The notes under the pieces were generated by a model. The model saw nothing but the letters and a program-made list of their open reading frames with translations. It was not told the DNA's origin and searched no databases. From Promethearchaeota archaeon Loki_b31 (GTDB lineage Archaea > Asgardarchaeota > Lokiarchaeia > Sigyniarchaeales > SOKP01), in NCBI GenBank assembly GCA_005222975.1, contig NJBI01000004.1, positions 32,742-96,741 of the forward strand: DNA of 64,000 nucleotides. The letters are read 5' to 3'. Positions 55,617-64,000 of the stretch are shown in pieces. The stretch's first letter is position 1. The number at the start of each line of letters is the position of its first letter. The position numbers were made by a program, and so were the translations under genes.

Positions 55617-55732
55617 AAACCCGCCCGAAGATCTTAAAAAACTCGTTTTATTTTCACCTCAAATTAGATTTTTACTAATATTATTATTAATATTTCAATT
55701 TTTAATTTAAAATTACTGGATTGATTATTTAT

Positions 55733-56947
55733 TTATAACAATGCTTGATCTATTAGTTCCATTAGATCGACCATCTTAATATTTGAATTTAAAGCGATTA
55801 TTGCATCTGTTAGATTTCTATAACAAAATGGGCATATACTTATGAGGTAATCTGCGCCAGTCTCCTCAGCTTCCTGAACTCTAGTCTTAGCAATTTCTAA
55901 TGCTAAATCGGGAAAGCCTTTCTTTACGCCTCCACCAGCTCCGCAACATTTAGCGTTCTCTTTAATCGTTTTCATCTCGGTTAAATTAGATATTTTTGAT
56001 AATATCTCTCTTGGTTCTTCGTAAAGCGGTGAAAGGCCAGAATTTCTTCCTGTATGACAGGGATCGTGATAGGTCGTATTAATTTCTAAATTATTAAGAG
56101 TTATATCTTTTTCCTCTAAAAAAGATTTGATATACTCGATTGTGTGAAACACTCTAATTTCTAAGTCCTCAATAAGGTCAGCGTAATCTACTTTTAAAGT
56201 CCTGTAACAACCCGCGCAACTCGTAATTATAGTGTTAACGCCACTTTTTTTGAACAACTCGTAGTTTTTCGCAGCCACTGAATTGAATGCTTTCATATCC
56301 CCAGTTCTCTTACCTACGCTCCCGCAACATACTTCATGTTCTCCAAAAATAGAAAAGTCAACTCCAAGTTTACGAAGTACTTTTGCTGTGTTTATAGCGA
56401 CTGCTTGAATATCTGGAGTTAGAGCAGCAGTGCACCCAACAAAATAAAGCACATCCGCTTTTTCAGAATAGGCATTTTTTACCTTAAAATCAAGTTTTTC
56501 CCTCCAATTCTTTTTCTCTTTGTTATCTCTCTGATATGGATTTAATAATTCAACCATTGCCTGATTCATTGGTATGTGTGCTTCCAGACCACAACCTGCG
56601 TCAATTAATTCCGCTCTTAAAGCCTCGTAAATAACTGTGTTATCCATATCATAGGCACAAGCTTCAGAGCACGCGTTACAAGTTGGACATTGATAAATAA
56701 CTTCAGCCATATCTTTGCTTAGCTCTAATTTTCCTTGCCAAAGAGAGCGAATAATTTGCATTTTTCCCCTTCCAAAGAAAGCTTCAAAGCCAGATGTGTG
56801 ATCTCTTGCCACGCAAACGCCCCATTTTTGCGGATCTGAAGTATAATCTGTAGCTTCTCGACAATCTCCACAACTTATACATTGTAAAATTGTCGGGCCA
56901 ATTTTACTTAAATGCTTAAACTTTTCGTTAGGATTTATTTCAGTCAT
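55733..56947 (-). CDS. (Fe-S)-binding protein with two CCG domains (HdrD/GlcF-like)
   Basis: Ferredoxin-type clusters CISCGDC...C and CPTCNACSEAC. Two CCG-domain signatures: FVGC...CCGS and HDPCH...CCGAGGG. Confidence 0.85.
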   Translation of the reverse strand: MTEINPNEKFKHLSKIGPTILQCISCGDCREATDYTSDPQKWGVCVARDHTSGFEAFFGRGKMQIIRSLWQGKLELSKDMAEVIYQCPTCNACSEACAYDMDNTVIYEALRAELIDAGCGLEAHIPMNQAMVELLNPYQRDNKEKKNWREKLDFKVKNAYSEKADVLYFVGCTAALTPDIQAVAINTAKVLRKLGVDFSIFGEHEVCCGSVGKRTGDMKAFNSVAAKNYELFKKSGVNTIITSCAGCYRTLKVDYADLIEDLEIRVFHTIEYIKSFLEEKDITLNNLEINTTYHDPCHTGRNSGLSPLYEEPREILSKISNLTEMKTIKENAKCCGAGGGVKKGFPDLALEIAKTRVQEAEETGADYLISICPFCYRNLTDAIIALNSNIKMVDLMELIDQALL

Positions 56948-56958
56948 CTTATTTCCAT

Positions 56959-58494
56959 CTACTCTTCATTTTTAATAATATTTTCTGTTATATCACTATC
57001 GTAACTATACATATGAAATTTATTTGGAGACAATAAAAAATCAGGGTCTACAACCCTTTTCATATCTTTAAAAAATTGTAAAAATTCGGGAGTATAAGCG
57101 TTGGCTTCTACTATTGACTGAGAGATTGATTCTCCTAACCAATAATGTACACCCCCATACCGAACTTGATACCTTACCTTTTTATGCCATATATCCATAG
57201 CGACTTGACGTTGATCATCTACATTTTCGGCATTAAAACCACCAGCAAAAATACAATGACCATTAGGTAATAGATGGATTGATCTAGCGAATAATGAAAA
57301 ACTTTGAGCCGGGAAATTACCTCTATTTTCGTTATCAAACCCCTCGTTTAACTCTTTCTTATCTGCTATGGACGAAATTAGTATTTTATGACAAGTTGTA
57401 CAGGATATTTTAGGAGGCGCTAAGGAGATAAATTTGTTGAAATAGCTATAAGGAAATTTAAAATCAAACTTCCAGTCCTTAGCTAATTTTAGATCTAGAT
57501 CAATTTCTGTCCATTCAAAAGGTCTTGCAACATTATCTTTAATCATTATTCTATTTACTTGTTCAATATAGACGTCCAAAATTCGCTCGTCAAACGCTTC
57601 AAGTATAAACATAAAAACAGGTCCACTAAGTCTAGCTCTTTTTGGGGGTCGAATTTTAGCTTGGGAAGCTAAGAGTTGTACTACTACGCGTGGGTTTATA
57701 TAAAGATCGTGTATTCCGTCTTTAACTTCTTTTTGTAGTTTATACATTAATTCAAAAACTTTATTATAATCATCTTTTTTAAGAATGTAATTTTTCTGTA
57801 TCTTATAAGGCGAATTAGGGAATAACCTTAAAGAACATTTAGTTTTAATGCCCATAGTTCCTGCATCTCCCATAAATAGCCCCGTAAAATCGGGAGCAAC
57901 GCCGTACCTACAAAAAGGTTTTGCGTACTTATTAGCTGCAGCTCCAGTCCAAATTATCGTTCCTTGCGGATTTGGCAATACTACCTCAACACCTAAGCAA
58001 ATGTTTGGAACTAAACCATATTTAGTGGACCCAAAACCAGCGGTGCTGTTAGAAAGACCTCCTCCAATTGTGGCTGAAAATCCACTTCCGGGACCAAGAA
58101 CACCTGTCGTTAAATCTTTTTTGTATAGTTCTGATAATAAAGCCCCCCAGGTTACTCCACATTCTACTTCACAATAGAAATCCTTTTCATTTATTTCAAT
58201 AATTTTATTCATTCGCGTAAGATCAATAAGGATTCCCCCTTCAATTGTCGCGCCTCCAACTAAATCGGCCCCTCCTCCTCGCGGTACTATAGGTATTTTA
58301 TAATTATTAGCAATTTTTACAATATCTGAAACTTCTTCCGTAGTCTCTGGACGTACTATGATATCAGCCCATCTATCAGGAAAGGCAGGATCAACGTTTC
58401 TAGAATAGGCAGCTTTCATGAAATCTTTATCGGAGATATATTCTGTTCCAACCGCTATTTCAATTTCTTTGTATACCTTATCAATTTTGGACAT
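56959..58494 (-). CDS. FAD-linked oxidase (FAD_binding_4; GlcD/D-lactate dehydrogenase/alkyl-DHAP-synthase superfamily)
   Basis: IIVRPETTEEVSDIVKIANNYKIPIVPRGGGADLVGG, ATIGGGLSNSTAGFGSTKYG and LFMGDAGTMGIKTK. Confidence 0.85.
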   Translation of the reverse strand: MSKIDKVYKEIEIAVGTEYISDKDFMKAAYSRNVDPAFPDRWADIIVRPETTEEVSDIVKIANNYKIPIVPRGGGADLVGGATIEGGILIDLTRMNKIIEINEKDFYCEVECGVTWGALLSELYKKDLTTGVLGPGSGFSATIGGGLSNSTAGFGSTKYGLVPNICLGVEVVLPNPQGTIIWTGAAANKYAKPFCRYGVAPDFTGLFMGDAGTMGIKTKCSLRLFPNSPYKIQKNYILKKDDYNKVFELMYKLQKEVKDGIHDLYINPRVVVQLLASQAKIRPPKRARLSGPVFMFILEAFDERILDVYIEQVNRIMIKDNVARPFEWTEIDLDLKLAKDWKFDFKFPYSYFNKFISLAPPKISCTTCHKILISSIADKKELNEGFDNENRGNFPAQSFSLFARSIHLLPNGHCIFAGGFNAENVDDQRQVAMDIWHKKVRYQVRYGGVHYWLGESISQSIVEANAYTPEFLQFFKDMKRVVDPDFLLSPNKFHMYSYDSDITENIIKNEE

Positions 58495-58530
58495 GATTCA
58501 ATATTAACATATAATAGATTTGTAATATAA

Positions 58531-59253
58531 TTAATACCAATCCCATTTGAGAAACGAATAGGGTAAAAAATCTCTTTGATCTACCTTAGCAACAACCTCT
58601 CCTGGAAGCATAGTATTGTCTGTTTTAAGATATAACGCGCCTAGTACCTTTACAACCTCAACTTCAGCCCATGGATCGTGCACAGTTGAGTTTAACTTTA
58701 TTTCAGCTACACCCATTTCCATCGATATTGGACGAACCGAAGTTTCCTGCTTAACTAACCACGGATCGTAATCAAAACCCTTTTTATTAGGTGCTGGAAA
58801 GTACTTGAAGTTATAATTAATCGTATTTTTCTTTCTTCCCGGAAGAAGACCCAACTCTTTTATGATACTTGGTGTTTCGCTATCGTTGAATTTACCGGTT
58901 AAATTTGCTTTAATTTCAATATTCTTAACTCCAAGACGCTCAGACCAAGCTTCAACATATTTATCCTTTCGATGAAAATGTATTTTAGCTATTTTTTTAG
59001 GGAATCCAAAAATCTCCCGACCTCCAATCATCGCGCGATCGTCGTCAACGGGCATAGCTAAGTAATAATTTCCTTGTAAGCCATTATATTCACATCTTAA
59101 CGTCAAAGCACCTTCAAGATACGGTAATCCTTGATTGGTACTAGCGTAATTTGCTATAAATGACATAACTACTGGTCTACTAACAGGCTTTAAAGGAGGT
59201 GGTAAAATCTTTTCGACTATCTCAGGTTTAGTCTCCCATAAAACGGTTATCAT
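58531..59253 (-). CDS. acetoacetate decarboxylase (ADC) family protein (paralog; ancestral start apparently lost)
   Basis: GREIFGFPKKIAKI and PYSFLKWD. Homology to the paralog's N-terminus continues about 11 codons upstream of the first ATG (..RTTEFKSAE-M), with no start codon there. Confidence 0.7.
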   Translation of the reverse strand: MITVLWETKPEIVEKILPPPLKPVSRPVVMSFIANYASTNQGLPYLEGALTLRCEYNGLQGNYYLAMPVDDDRAMIGGREIFGFPKKIAKIHFHRKDKYVEAWSERLGVKNIEIKANLTGKFNDSETPSIIKELGLLPGRKKNTINYNFKYFPAPNKKGFDYDPWLVKQETSVRPISMEMGVAEIKLNSTVHDPWAEVEVVKVLGALYLKTDNTMLPGEVVAKVDQRDFLPYSFLKWDWY

Positions 59254-59332
59254 TTCAGCACTTTTAAATTCGGTCGTCCTTAACCTTTCTTTTCTCTCTT
59301 CTATCTCTTTTATTGAACGCTTAAAACTAATT

Positions 59333-60880
59333 TTAAATCACCTTATTTTCCTCTTTTACAAAATGTTCTGATGGATCGTGATCATAACTGTACATGTGAA
59401 ACTTTTTAGGACTTAGCAAGTAATTTGGATCTACAGTTTTTTTCATATCTTTGAAAAATTGAATAAATTCACGCGTATAGGCATTAGCCTCAACAATAGA
59501 TTGAGAGATTGCTTCTCCAAGCCAATAATGTACGCCTCCATATCGAACTTGAAGGCGTAGCTTTTTGTGCCACATATTCATGGATTTTTCGCGTTGTTCA
59601 TCTATGTTATCGGCATTGAATCCGCCTACAACTACACAATTACCATTAGGTAAAAGAAATATAACCGTTGCAAATAATGCAATACTTTGTGGTGGAAACT
59701 CATCCCGGTAGTTAATATCAAATTGATTGCTTAAATTTGCTACTTTAGGTAAAGCAGAGATTGGAACTTTATGACAAGTGGTACACGATATTTTCGGTGG
59801 GTTTACTGATATAAATTTATTAAAGTAGTGATAAGCATATTTTAAATTAAATTCCCAATCTTTGGATAGAGGCTCTTCGGGGTCAATTTCTTGCCATTCG
59901 AACGGTCGAGCATCGTCTTTCATAAGATTTTCAATTTGTTCAAGGTAAACATCTAACACCCGCTCATCTGTAGATTCCACTAATATCGAAAAGACCGGTC
60001 CTTTTAATCTCGGTCTTTTGACGGGTTTATTTTCCACCATACCTGCCAATAATTGAACTACAATAACAGGAATTACAAGTACATCGTGTAATCCGTCGCG
60101 TATTTCTTTCCGTAATTTATACATGAGCTCAGAAACTTTATTATAATCGTTCTTCTTTAACATATAATATCGTTGCGCTTTAAACGGCGTCTCGGGATGC
60201 AATCGTAGGAAAGCTTTAGTCTTAATACCCATAGTTCCTACATCCCCCATAAATAAACCCGTAAAATCGGGAGCCACTCCATATCTACAAAAAGGCTTTG
60301 CGTATTTATTAGCCGCCGCTCCTGTCCTAATTATCGTTCCTTGTGGATTTGGTAAAACTACTTCGACACCTAAACAAATATCAGGAATAACACCGTATTT
60401 TGTGGACCCAAAACCTGCAGTACTATTAGAAAGTCCACCTCCGATAGTGGCTGAATAGCCACTCCCAGGACCGAGTACTCCTGTTGTTAAACCTTGTTTT
60501 TGTAATTCCGAAAGCAACTCACCCCAGGTGATTCCGCATTCTACCTCGCAATAGTAATCGTTTTCATTTATTTCAATAATTCTATTCATTCTCGTTAAGT
60601 CTATCAGAATTCCACCTTCGCTTACGGACCCCCCTACGAGGTCTGCGCCACCACCTCTGGGGATCATTGGAATTTTGTACTTATTAGCGATTTTCACGAT
60701 ATCAGAGACCTCTTCAGTTGATTCTGGCCTAACTATAATATCTGCCCATCTATCTGGAAACGCCGGGTCAACATTTCGAGAATATGCCGCTTTCATAAAG
60801 TCTTTGTCTGAAATATAATCGGAACCGATTATTCCTTCTATTTCCTTATACGCATCCTTTACTTTTGACATTATAATCAT
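59333..60880 (-). CDS. FAD-linked oxidase (paralog of 56959..58494)
   Basis: Colinear with its paralog: IIVRPESTEEVSDIVKIANKYKIPMIPRGGGADLVGG. The start may be the second ATG (MSKVKD, 60871). Confidence 0.85.
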   Translation of the reverse strand: MIIMSKVKDAYKEIEGIIGSDYISDKDFMKAAYSRNVDPAFPDRWADIIVRPESTEEVSDIVKIANKYKIPMIPRGGGADLVGGSVSEGGILIDLTRMNRIIEINENDYYCEVECGITWGELLSELQKQGLTTGVLGPGSGYSATIGGGLSNSTAGFGSTKYGVIPDICLGVEVVLPNPQGTIIRTGAAANKYAKPFCRYGVAPDFTGLFMGDVGTMGIKTKAFLRLHPETPFKAQRYYMLKKNDYNKVSELMYKLRKEIRDGLHDVLVIPVIVVQLLAGMVENKPVKRPRLKGPVFSILVESTDERVLDVYLEQIENLMKDDARPFEWQEIDPEEPLSKDWEFNLKYAYHYFNKFISVNPPKISCTTCHKVPISALPKVANLSNQFDINYRDEFPPQSIALFATVIFLLPNGNCVVVGGFNADNIDEQREKSMNMWHKKLRLQVRYGGVHYWLGEAISQSIVEANAYTREFIQFFKDMKKTVDPNYLLSPKKFHMYSYDHDPSEHFVKEENKVI

Positions 60881-60947
60881 AAATTTGTTTGAAAGTAATA
60901 ATTATAAGATAGAACTTGTGAATTAATAAAAGTATATGAAAAAAAGA

Positions 60948-61688
60948 TTATTTTAATTTCTTGACTCGTTTAGCTATTTTCTTTTTAATATCTTCGTAAG
61001 ATGGCGGGGGTCCCGTTCTAATCTCCTTCCCGTCAATAAAAAGTGCATCAGCGATTCCCCACTCCAAAAAAGTTTCCCTATTGAATGTATCTATTTCTGT
61101 AAAAATTACTTTATCTCCAAATTCGGAAGCTGCCCTTTTTGCTCTTTCAAAAACCATATTTTGAGCAGGGCACCAGCCATTTATAAACGCTGTCACTGAT
61201 ACCTTCCCTGGTATTTCTTTGGGCTTTTTCTTCTGCCTTATCATTTTAGGCGGAATAGCATCGTTGGAAAAAGGTTTCCATAGTAAAACGCTTATACTCT
61301 GCTTATCAACTTTAACATATCCTTGCTTTTTAAACCAAGAGGCTCTCATAAAGACAGGTATAGAAAGCCCCCATGCTACTAATCCTTTCGCACCCTTACT
61401 CCTTACATCTTCTTCAGCAGCTTTTATTAAACGCTTACCGATTCCTTTCTTCTGGAAGTTCCCAACGCCCTCTTTGTAGCCGTGCACCCAGATACAATTT
61501 ATAAAGTATAAATTATCGCCTTCTGCTGTTGAATATTCAAGAGGAACATATTGTATCATTCCTACTACTTTGTCGTCCTCAGTCACAGCAATTTTAACGC
61601 CAAGCCCTTTGTCTTTCATTTTGTTATACCAAAGCTCCTTGTGATCCCCAGCTTCTTTCATCTCGTCGATCCAATCTTCAAGACACAT
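60948..61688 (-). CDS. GNAT N-acetyltransferase domain fused to a thioredoxin-fold C-terminal domain
   Basis: The GNAT acetyl-CoA loop is FQKKGIGKRLI. The C-terminal segment VTAFINGWCPAQNMVFERAKRAA..VIFTEIDT..DALFIDGKEI resembles a thioredoxin/glutaredoxin-like fold with a single Cys. Confidence 0.65.
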   Translation of the reverse strand: MCLEDWIDEMKEAGDHKELWYNKMKDKGLGVKIAVTEDDKVVGMIQYVPLEYSTAEGDNLYFINCIWVHGYKEGVGNFQKKGIGKRLIKAAEEDVRSKGAKGLVAWGLSIPVFMRASWFKKQGYVKVDKQSISVLLWKPFSNDAIPPKMIRQKKKPKEIPGKVSVTAFINGWCPAQNMVFERAKRAASEFGDKVIFTEIDTFNRETFLEWGIADALFIDGKEIRTGPPPSYEDIKKKIAKRVKKLK

Positions 61689-61830
61689 AAAATAAAGTCC
61701 GTTATATTTTTCCTCTAAATCAATTATTTTCGTAAAACATCACTCTACTAAGTATTGGATTTACTTAAATAAAACTTAATGAATATAAGTACATCTAACA
61801 ATAAAAATTTATCATATATTAAATAAATCG

Positions 61831-62181
61831 TTACATCCACGAAGCTATCTTTGGAGTTTGCGCTAAAATATCGACGAGAACATCATATTCAATACATCTT
61901 ATTCTTGTGTCAACTGAGTCAGGGTCAATCCCCCGCGCTAAAAGGTCGGGTGTCATCGCAAATACGGCTATGGGCAGATTTAACAATAAATTTAAAGAAG
62001 TGGGCATCACTCCCTTTTTAGGAGTTCCTATAACTCCGTCGTGGATCAAAACAACAGTGATATTTGCATCTTTAGTCTGTTCCTTTACTATATTATATAA
62101 ATTATTTATGGATGTACTTTTTCTCGTGCTAAATCCAAAAAGGTACACCAATTTTTTTATCTTTTCCATCTGTACTACCAT
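61831..62181 (-). CDS. DsrH/TusB-like sulfur-relay protein
   Basis: About 110 aa. The pattern is LVYLFGFS...ITVVLIHDGV...A..DL.ARGI. It is the third gene of a DsrE-F-H-type trio. Confidence 0.65.
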   Translation of the reverse strand: MVVQMEKIKKLVYLFGFSTRKSTSINNLYNIVKEQTKDANITVVLIHDGVIGTPKKGVMPTSLNLLLNLPIAVFAMTPDLLARGIDPDSVDTRIRCIEYDVLVDILAQTPKIASWM

Positions 62182-62193
62182 AATCCCACCACC

Positions 62194-62583
62194 CTAATAT
62201 CTATAAAACACATCTGCTTCTAAAATAAACGCTGAAATCTCCTTCCAGCTCGCATTTTTTACATTGTCAAAATCTATCAAATCTGAAGGCTCAATACCGG
62301 CTATTTCTAAGGCGGAGTCTAACGCGTAAACCTCGAAGTCAGATAACTCCATCATTCTAAAGATGTTCAAGGGGGTTTCCATGTTAACTTTCTCAGGATC
62401 AAAATTCTTACTTAAAAAATAGACCGAATCGCCAATAAATACAATCTTACACTCGTCTAGATCCCCCACTGCCATAATTCCAGCAGCCATACGGATTGCT
62501 TCGAGAGCAGAATTTTTACCTATTGGAGAATCTTCGCATAAAATTACAACAGATTTAACCATTAATTTACACCCCTGGACCAA
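62194..62583 (-). CDS. DsrF/TusC-like sulfur-relay protein
   Basis: KSVVILCEDSPIGKNSALEAIRMAAG...IVFIGDSVYFL. Its start overlaps the upstream gene's stop. Confidence 0.7.
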   Translation of the reverse strand: MVQGCKLMVKSVVILCEDSPIGKNSALEAIRMAAGIMAVGDLDECKIVFIGDSVYFLSKNFDPEKVNMETPLNIFRMMELSDFEVYALDSALEIAGIEPSDLIDFDNVKNASWKEISAFILEADVFYRY

Positions 62584-62935
62584 ATACTATAACTCTATCT
62601 GATTCTGCCATCCACTCAGACAACCCACCTAATCCCACTTGACGCGCTTCTTCAATAAAATCATCGGACTTTAGCCCCGTGAAGTTAACCCAGGTACTAC
62701 AGGCAGATAGATTTAGGCTATTCTTCTTTATGAAATTCTCAAGGCGTTCGGGTAGATTTCTCATGTTTGAGCTTATATTTATTTCACGCTTGATGTTATA
62801 CACGCCACTCCCGTAGAAAAAAATACCTAAAATTTGATGCCCTTTCTTTAAGATTGCCTCTCCTAAGTTAAGCATCGTATCTATCGCTTCAAATTTATAA
62901 GGTTCCGCGCACACAATAAAAGTAAAAACAACCAT
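62567..62935 (-). CDS. DsrE/TusD-like sulfur-relay protein
   Basis: VVFTFIVCAEPYKFEAIDTMLNLGEAILKKGHQILGIFFYGSGVYN and ACSTW (conserved Cys region). Confidence 0.7.
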   Translation of the reverse strand: MVVFTFIVCAEPYKFEAIDTMLNLGEAILKKGHQILGIFFYGSGVYNIKREINISSNMRNLPERLENFIKKNSLNLSACSTWVNFTGLKSDDFIEEARQVGLGGLSEWMAESDRVIVFGPGV

Positions 62936-63093
62936 ATTAGCAATATCACATCTTTTTAATATTTTATTATAATGATATTTTTTTAATTTTATCTCCTATT
63001 TTAACTTATCAAGAACTTGTATTAATTTTATGTACTTTTAAATCAAAAATCATCAATTAAAATATACTATATTGAAAGGGTGCTAATTTCTAT

Positions 63094-64000
63094 ATGGATA
63101 AAAAAACAAATAAAAACAAATTTTCAAGTCATATATTCGAATTTCGCTCAGTAGAAAAAAGAAAATTAGTTTTATCGTTAATGATTACGCTAATAGTAAT
63201 GTTTTTAGAGATTTTTGGAGGTTTAATTACATTTAGCATTGCTTTAATTAGTGATGCAGGCCATATGTTTACTCATGCTTTCGCCCTAGGAATAAGTTTA
63301 TTAGCAATATTTATAGCAAGAAAGCCACCATGCCATCATAAGACTTTTGGTTTGTATCGGGCAGAGGTTTTAGCTGCCTTCATTAACGGATTATTCCTCC
63401 TTCCTATTGTGGGCTTAATTATTTATGAAGCTATTATGCGGTTTTTATTTCCACAAGAGATTATCGGATTATATATGTTTATAATTGCCTTCGTCGGACT
63501 AGGTGTAAATATTACTAGCATTATCATACTTTATGGTAGCCAAAATGCAAACTTAAATATAAAAAGCGTTTTTTATCACATGATTGCAGATGCTGCATCG
63601 TCAATAGGTATAGTCGTAGTCGCAATTATAATCACTTTTACGAGTTGGAACTTTCTTGACCCTCTGGTAAGTATTGGAATTTCCATAGTTATATTATATT
63701 GGGCATGGGGCATTCTTAAAGAATCAACTAGGATTCTATTAGAAATGGCGCCTAAAGGATTGGATATAAACATTATTGAAGGAGATTTGAAAAATAATTT
63801 CAAAGAAGTCTTAAATTTGCAAAATACACACCTATGGACAATTACGCCAAACATACGAGTATTTTCTACTCATGTCTTCTTAAAAAATATTGAAAATAAA
63901 GTTGATAAAGAAAACCTTGTCTTTGAAATTAACAAATTCTTATTCAAGGATTATAATATCATTGAATCTACGATACAAATTGCTCTCAAAGACGAATTCA
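63094..64000 (+). CDS. cation diffusion facilitator (CDF) family metal transporter, 3'-partial at window edge
   Basis: My own translation from ATG 63094 stays open to the window end. It contains LISDAGHMFTHA (TM2 HxxxD-type site), FGLYRAEVLAAFING, YHMIADAASSIGV (TM5 site) and ILLEMAP. The ORF track lacks it only because no stop is reached. Confidence 0.85.
   Translation, partial: MDKKTNKNKFSSHIFEFRSVEKRKLVLSLMITLIVMFLEIFGGLITFSIALISDAGHMFTHAFALGISLLAIFIARKPPCHHKTFGLYRAEVLAAFINGLFLLPIVGLIIYEAIMRFLFPQEIIGLYMFIIAFVGLGVNITSIIILYGSQNANLNIKSVFYHMIADAASSIGIVVVAIIITFTSWNFLDPLVSIGISIVILYWAWGILKESTRILLEMAPKGLDINIIEGDLKNNFKEVLNLQNTHLWTITPNIRVFSTHVFLKNIENKVDKENLVFEINKFLFKDYNIIESTIQIALKDEF

Noticed and set aside
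63576-63854. Minus-strand ORF 63576..63854
   Set aside because: It lies antisense inside the CDF transporter reading frame, which runs open from 63094 to the window end with clear family motifs.

Overview
This is an AT-rich archaeal chromosomal segment, most consistent with an Asgard (Lokiarchaeia-like) genome. That inference rests on an archaeal histone, two tandem Roadblock/Rab-like GTPase fusion genes, a RING-H2/TPR protein, a CX5R dual-specificity phosphatase and several longin/roadblock-like small proteins. Ordinary content includes an isopropylmalate/isocitrate-dehydrogenase-family gene, thiDN and thiC, Nudix, amidohydrolase, geranylgeranyl-reductase-family, thioredoxin, wHTH regulator, MFS and CDF transporters, and a DsrEFH/TusBCD-like trio. 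There is also a duplicated FAD-oxidase/acetoacetate-decarboxylase-like module with an HdrD/GlcF-like Fe-S protein, and a split PEP-synthase-like phosphotransferase. The dominant structure (12.6-38.1 kb) is an array of four giant surface proteins. They carry three mechanistic classes of protease head (C25 gingipain-like, two C1 papain-like, S8 subtilisin-like) on a shared, recombining stalk of CARDB, NIDO-like, FN3-like and uncharacterised modules, ending in a PGF-CTERM-like anchor. The array includes a 1,534-bp block present twice, identical wherever I compared it, plus duplication scars. It is interrupted at about 25.65-32.85 kb by a roughly 7.2-kb island containing a ParB-like gene, an orphan TaqI_C-like TRD-HhH gene and a tightly coupled three-gene operon (PIN-like protein, unknown protein, Rad50/SMC-like ATPase with a central CxxC zinc hook). 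That operon is my best candidate for an undescribed defence-type system. I saw no rRNA, tRNA, CRISPR array, transposase or integrase. All domain calls come from motif recognition by eye on the supplied translations; no database searches or alignments were run.
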